Assembly (NCBI GenBank): GCA_964291265.2
Contig: OZ219747.1
Coordinates: 3,616,001 to 3,680,000, forward strand
DNA: 64,000 bases
Source of the DNA: Alphaproteobacteria bacterium
Lineage (GTDB): Bacteria > Pseudomonadota > Alphaproteobacteria > SP197
Direction: 5' to 3'
In this document: positions 59,915 to 64,000 of the stretch, piece after piece
Position numbering within the stretch: the first letter of the stretch is position 1
Layout: every line of letters begins with the position of its first letter
The notes under the pieces: generated by a model
What the model was told of the DNA's origin: nothing
What the model saw: the letters and a program-made list of their open reading frames with translations, nothing else
The model's database searches: none
Program-made: the position numbers and the translations under genes

Positions 59915-60688
59915 CTATTGAGAACCAGGCGGCGGCCAGATCAAAGGCATTCCGGTATCGGGATCGAAGGCGTCATCGAGCTTTGGCTCCCTACCGAGTT
60001 TGGCGCAGGCACCATGAAGTTGGGATTGTTTGAGACCGCGTACGCCAGAAAGAATTGCTCCAGACAATTTTGTTCTGCATAGTCTAACACGATCTAGGCA
60101 GGCACTGGGCGGAAACCAAACGTTTTGTAATTTTGCTCCTTGCAAGTCGATTATAGCGTCGTGTTCTTTTTCGAGCTCTCGGCCTTCGATGGAACGTTTG
60201 CTAATACCTACGATGATAGTTTGAATGTCTTCGCGAGGACGGCGTGATCTTTTCTTTTCAGATGCGGATGGCGGACAACGGACAAATGCAGCCAAAATGC
60301 GAAAGACAAGAGTATGGAATCCCTTAGGATCAAACTTAGCCAGTCGAAGAAGACTATCAATTGCTCCCATGCGTACTGCATGAATGTCGCTACCGATCAA
60401 TTGCACTGCACTTTGAAAGCGCTCAATTCTTAGAGATTGCTGAGTGGTTGCGATCTGTTTTTGTGCAGCATTCGCTTGATCGCGTGTAGCTTCAGTCTGC
60501 TTCACTGCAACAACGCTTCGCCACATAGCCAATATGATGGCTACCGCTGCAGCGATGACGAGACTGATGTTCCGGATAGTTTCGCTAGGCGCGCCATGTA
60601 GCCATGACCAATAGCACACCATTGAGCCGGCACCGGCCACTACTACCACAAATACTACTATTACCACTATTGACGCCCAAAGTCGCAC
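59915..60688 (-). CDS. Two-TM protein with C-terminal pentapeptide repeats
   Basis: Two N-terminal TM helices; ERFQSAVQLIGS....RMGAI.SL..LA; IDLQGAKLQNV..LSGAILSGVRGLKQSQL; RBS GAGGGG. Confidence 0.8.
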   Translation of the reverse strand: MRLWASIVVIVVFVVVVAGAGSMVCYWSWLHGAPSETIRNISLVIAAAVAIILAMWRSVVAVKQTEATRDQANAAQKQIATTQQSLRIERFQSAVQLIGSDIHAVRMGAIDSLLRLAKFDPKGFHTLVFRILAAFVRCPPSASEKKRSRRPREDIQTIIVGISKRSIEGRELEKEHDAIIDLQGAKLQNVWFPPSACLDRVRLCRTKLSGAILSGVRGLKQSQLHGACAKLGREPKLDDAFDPDTGMPLIWPPPGSQ

Positions 60689-61183
60689 TATTGCCCCTCC
60701 GCTTGCATTTACTGCTCATGCTTTTCAGGCTAGGTGGGGATGGAGCCGTTCGAATGCAAGGGGGCTCTTCCGAGACGATACTGTTACACGACTATGATGT
60801 TAAAGAGTGCGGCATTGTCGGTCATCACCTCCTTGACCGTGCTGTGGGTCTGCATAGCTCCTTGTCCAGGTTCACGCGCCCCTTCTAGGTAACTCTTTCA
60901 GCATGTCTCTTCATACTTGCGGCCCAGCCATGACTTGTTGGAGTTGATGAGGGATTGGCGTTCACGCAGGAGGTGGAGGGCGCAGAGCGCGTGATCGCAT
61001 TTGTCATGGGATAGTCAGCTGGCCCAACGGCTGTGGACCAGGGTTCTGTGGTAACAAGGTATGTGCCGATGTCGCCCATGGCGGTGCGACACCGCTTCGG
61101 ATAGCAGAAGGACAACCGCTTCAGGTTGCTGACGCATCCTTGCTTGAGGCCGAACCACATACCAGTGTTCAGCGTGTCCTAGT

Positions 61184-61567
61184 CCGAAGTTCCAGAACCG
61201 ATCAGACGTATCGTTATGAATGTATTGACGTTTGAAAAAATCGGGTGTGTCGCTACTGGGAACGCTACAGGCGTACGTCGAGGTGGTCCAGGGCCTTTTT
61301 CCGGAGCGTCGTGGGCCACGTGGTGACCTGGAAGAGCCGCAGGTTTCGACCTTCTCCATGGGCCAGGGGGAGAGATTGTTGGCGGGGGCCTCATGCGGTT
61401 GGGGGCTATGTCCACGTACATGGCAACGAATATGGGGCGATGGACGCATGTGTCAACAGAGATTTCCACCGTTACATGGGAACATTTGCATGCTGTCCCT
61501 CTGCCATTTTATCAGCAAGATCAACGACTTGGTGTGGTTGTACCGCTGAAATCGTCCGGAACTTCGA
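61184..61567 (-). mobile_element. 384-bp MITE-like internal-deletion derivative of IS1634
   Basis: IRs CCGAAGTTCC and GGAACTTCGA; 6-bp DR CCTAGT; right-end about 80 bp identical to copies A and B. Confidence 0.9.
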
Positions 61568-61610
61568 CCTAGTCGAACGAAACCGGGTTGGACCGACGCT
61601 GAATGAGGAC

Positions 61611-62768
61611 TCAGGATCCCGCGTTCGATGCCATGATCTGTGTCATGACGTTGCCGACCCGTTCCGCTGCCGCCTCGACATCCTTGTCCGCAACGTGGGC
61701 ATAGCGCAGGGTCATGGAAACCTGCCGGTGACCAAGGAGCCTCGCCACGGTCGGAAGCGGCACACCGTTCAGGACAGCCTGGCTGGCGAAGTTGTGTCGC
61801 AGGTCATGCAGACGCACATCCTCGATGATGGCCCGTTTGCGGAGGGTGAACCACAGCTGCTGGACACTCACAATGGGTATGGTCGGATCGGAGGGTGACG
61901 GAAAGACATGATCACTGCCTGTCCTGGACTGACGAGCGATGATCCCGCGGGCCTTGCTGTTGAGGTAGACTTTCCGTGGTCCGGTTTTGCTGTCCTCAAG
62001 GTCGAGCGTGTCGGCACCGACTTCGGACCACCTGAGGGTGCGGACCTCGCTGCAGCGGCATCCAGTATAGAAGAGCAGGCGAATGATGTCTGCCTGGACT
62101 GATCGTTCCGGACGTTCGGCGACCAGCCGGTCTAGTTCGGCATGCAGGCGACGGGCCTCGTCCCGGGACAGGAACCGGTTGAACCGGCGTTGCGGGTTCC
62201 GGCGCATTCCGCTTGCCGGATTGGTCTCGAGATGACCATGAACCACCGCGTGATTGAGAATCTGGCGCAACACATCGAGAACCCGGTTGGCGCCGCCTGG
62301 TGCCGACATGCTGTAGCGGTCGAACCAGTCGATCACGTCCGTTCGTCGGATCCGATCCAGCGGAATGTCGCCAAACGCCGGCAGGAGTTGGCTCGCGAGT
62401 GTGTAGTCTATGCTGCGCCGGGTTGAAGGCTTGAGACGATCGAAGCACTCGGAGCGCCAGATACGTGAGACAAAATCGCCGAAAAGAGGTACGGGAACCG
62501 AGGGAATGTCCGGCAGCGGTACCGTGTCGTCGGACTGAATGGTGAGACACCGGGAGCGCGCCTCATCGACAGACATGCGTATCACGGGACCCAGCGTCCG
62601 GCGTTTCAAGGAACCGTGCCGGTTGTTCAGAACAACGAACGACTTGTGACCGGAAGACCGCACCCTGACGCCAAGGCCCGTGATCCGTGTGTCCCATACG
62701 GTATACTCGTCGGGCATCGTCGCAAGGCGCGCAATGGCGCGATCACTCAACCGCATCTTTCGCTTCAT
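61611..62768 (-). CDS. Tyrosine integrase with N-terminal arm-binding domain
   Basis: WDTRITGLGVRV, YTGCRCSE, DSKTG, RLHDLRHNFAS, LLGH, TLRYAH. Confidence 0.93.
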   Translation of the reverse strand: MKRKMRLSDRAIARLATMPDEYTVWDTRITGLGVRVRSSGHKSFVVLNNRHGSLKRRTLGPVIRMSVDEARSRCLTIQSDDTVPLPDIPSVPVPLFGDFVSRIWRSECFDRLKPSTRRSIDYTLASQLLPAFGDIPLDRIRRTDVIDWFDRYSMSAPGGANRVLDVLRQILNHAVVHGHLETNPASGMRRNPQRRFNRFLSRDEARRLHAELDRLVAERPERSVQADIIRLLFYTGCRCSEVRTLRWSEVGADTLDLEDSKTGPRKVYLNSKARGIIARQSRTGSDHVFPSPSDPTIPIVSVQQLWFTLRKRAIIEDVRLHDLRHNFASQAVLNGVPLPTVARLLGHRQVSMTLRYAHVADKDVEAAAERVGNVMTQIMASNAGS

Positions 62769-63901
62769 GCCTCGACCCTCCCGCTCAGGGCCGAAACAAG
62801 GGACTCGGCGGCCTCGTGAAGCGTGCCATCGGCAAGATGCGTGTACTTGAGCGTGGTCGCTGGATCAGTGTGGCCCAAGAGCCTGCCTATGGTGGGGATC
62901 GTCTCGCCATGAGCGAGTGCTATCGAGGCGTACGTGTGACGCAAGTCATGGCAGCGAACATCCGCGATCCCCGCTTTCGAGCGCACATTGAGCCAGAAGC
63001 TACTGAGTGCACCCCGCGTCAGGTGGCGTTCCCCACGGGGAGACGGGAACATCCAGCGGCCCCTTCGGGGCAGTTCGTCCAGGATCCGGCGTGCCGCTGA
63101 TGACAGCCAGACCGTGCGCGGGCCCGTCTTGCTGTCCGGCAAGTAGAGCTTGCCCTCACGGTAGTCCGACCACCGGAGACCGAGAATCTCGCTCCGGCGG
63201 CATCCGGTGAGAAGCAGCAACCGCACGATCGCGACCAACAGGGGGCGTTCTTCGCGCTTGTCGTCGAGAACCCGGCTCAAGCGCCTGATCTCGTCGTGGC
63301 TAAGGAACCTCTCGCGATGGCGCCGGCGGTAGCGCTTGATGCCGGTGCACGGATTGGATCCCTCGGGGCGATAGCCGTAGACCTCGGCCTGTCTCATGAT
63401 GACGGAAAGAACCGGCGCCGAACGGTCCGCGGCAACCGGCGTGGCATGAAGTGAAGCAAACCAGCGCTGAACGTCGCGGCGCGTGATATCTTCTATAGTA
63501 CGCCCCTTGAAACACGGCAGGATCTGTTTCCTGAGGTAGCCGAGATTGACCTCCAGGGTGCTTGGCTTCCAGTGCCTCCGGTATCGCCTGAAGACCTCGT
63601 CTGCGACATCCTCGAACAGGATGGGGGCGGTTTCGACAGACAAGGTTCCATCAGTCGTGGAGCCTGACACCAAAAGGGATGTCGCGCGGTCCCGGGCGCA
63701 TTCCAGGGGCATGGTTCCGGCGTCGCCTATGGCGTGCCAGACCCTCTTGCCGTCGACCTGGCTGTGAAGGAAGTATCGCTTGCGGCCTGAGGGGAGGACA
63801 CGTACACCGAAACCTTGGATGACGGTATCCCGAACGTCGAAGGTCTTCTTCTCCGGTTTGAGGGTATCGACCCGTCGTTGCGTGAGGCGTCTCTTCGGCA
63901 T
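62765..63901 (-). CDS. Tyrosine integrase with N-terminal arm-binding domain
   Basis: RDTVIQGFGVRV, LTGCRRSE, DSKTG, RCHDLRHTYAS, LLGH, TLKYTH; ATGA overlap with the downstream integrase. Confidence 0.93.
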   Translation of the reverse strand: MPKRRLTQRRVDTLKPEKKTFDVRDTVIQGFGVRVLPSGRKRYFLHSQVDGKRVWHAIGDAGTMPLECARDRATSLLVSGSTTDGTLSVETAPILFEDVADEVFRRYRRHWKPSTLEVNLGYLRKQILPCFKGRTIEDITRRDVQRWFASLHATPVAADRSAPVLSVIMRQAEVYGYRPEGSNPCTGIKRYRRRHRERFLSHDEIRRLSRVLDDKREERPLLVAIVRLLLLTGCRRSEILGLRWSDYREGKLYLPDSKTGPRTVWLSSAARRILDELPRRGRWMFPSPRGERHLTRGALSSFWLNVRSKAGIADVRCHDLRHTYASIALAHGETIPTIGRLLGHTDPATTLKYTHLADGTLHEAAESLVSALSGRVEA

Positions 63902-64000
63902 GGCATTCTCTCCGGTTCCTGTTGCACCGGGGGTACGGAAACGACATGAATCCGCTTCCCCGGCGAAACTTCGTGAGAGAGAACGCTCTTTATTTCAGTG

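Overview
GC-rich, alphaproteobacterial-looking window (inferred from a cpdR-like gene beside an N-formylglutamate amidohydrolase and a two-subunit NAD-dependent formate dehydrogenase). About 6.6-21.8 kb is ordinary metabolic DNA: BKACE, HisC-like aminotransferase, RibBX, CpdR-like regulator, amidohydrolase, CocE/NonD hydrolase with a peptide ABC transporter, and FDH. The rest is mobile-element-rich and full of pseudogene fragments. It holds two intact DUF4338-fused IS4 elements, IS5, IS630, two near-identical IS1634 copies plus two MITE-like derivatives, ISAs1 relics, an unclassified 2.4-kb IS, HigBA, an AAA-PD-(D/E)XK gene and a dimethylformamidase pair. The right end looks like an integrative mobilizable element: tandem tyrosine integrases, a 2255-aa MOBF relaxase-helicase, three RHH genes, a candidate oriT and lower-GC membrane-anchored cargo. 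The feature most easily missed is an ORF-less group II intron (42598-45441) with EBS1/EBS2 matching its target. It sits antisense in an ISAs1 transposase gene and carries an IS1634 in domain VI. All family assignments come from motif recognition by eye; no database searches were run.
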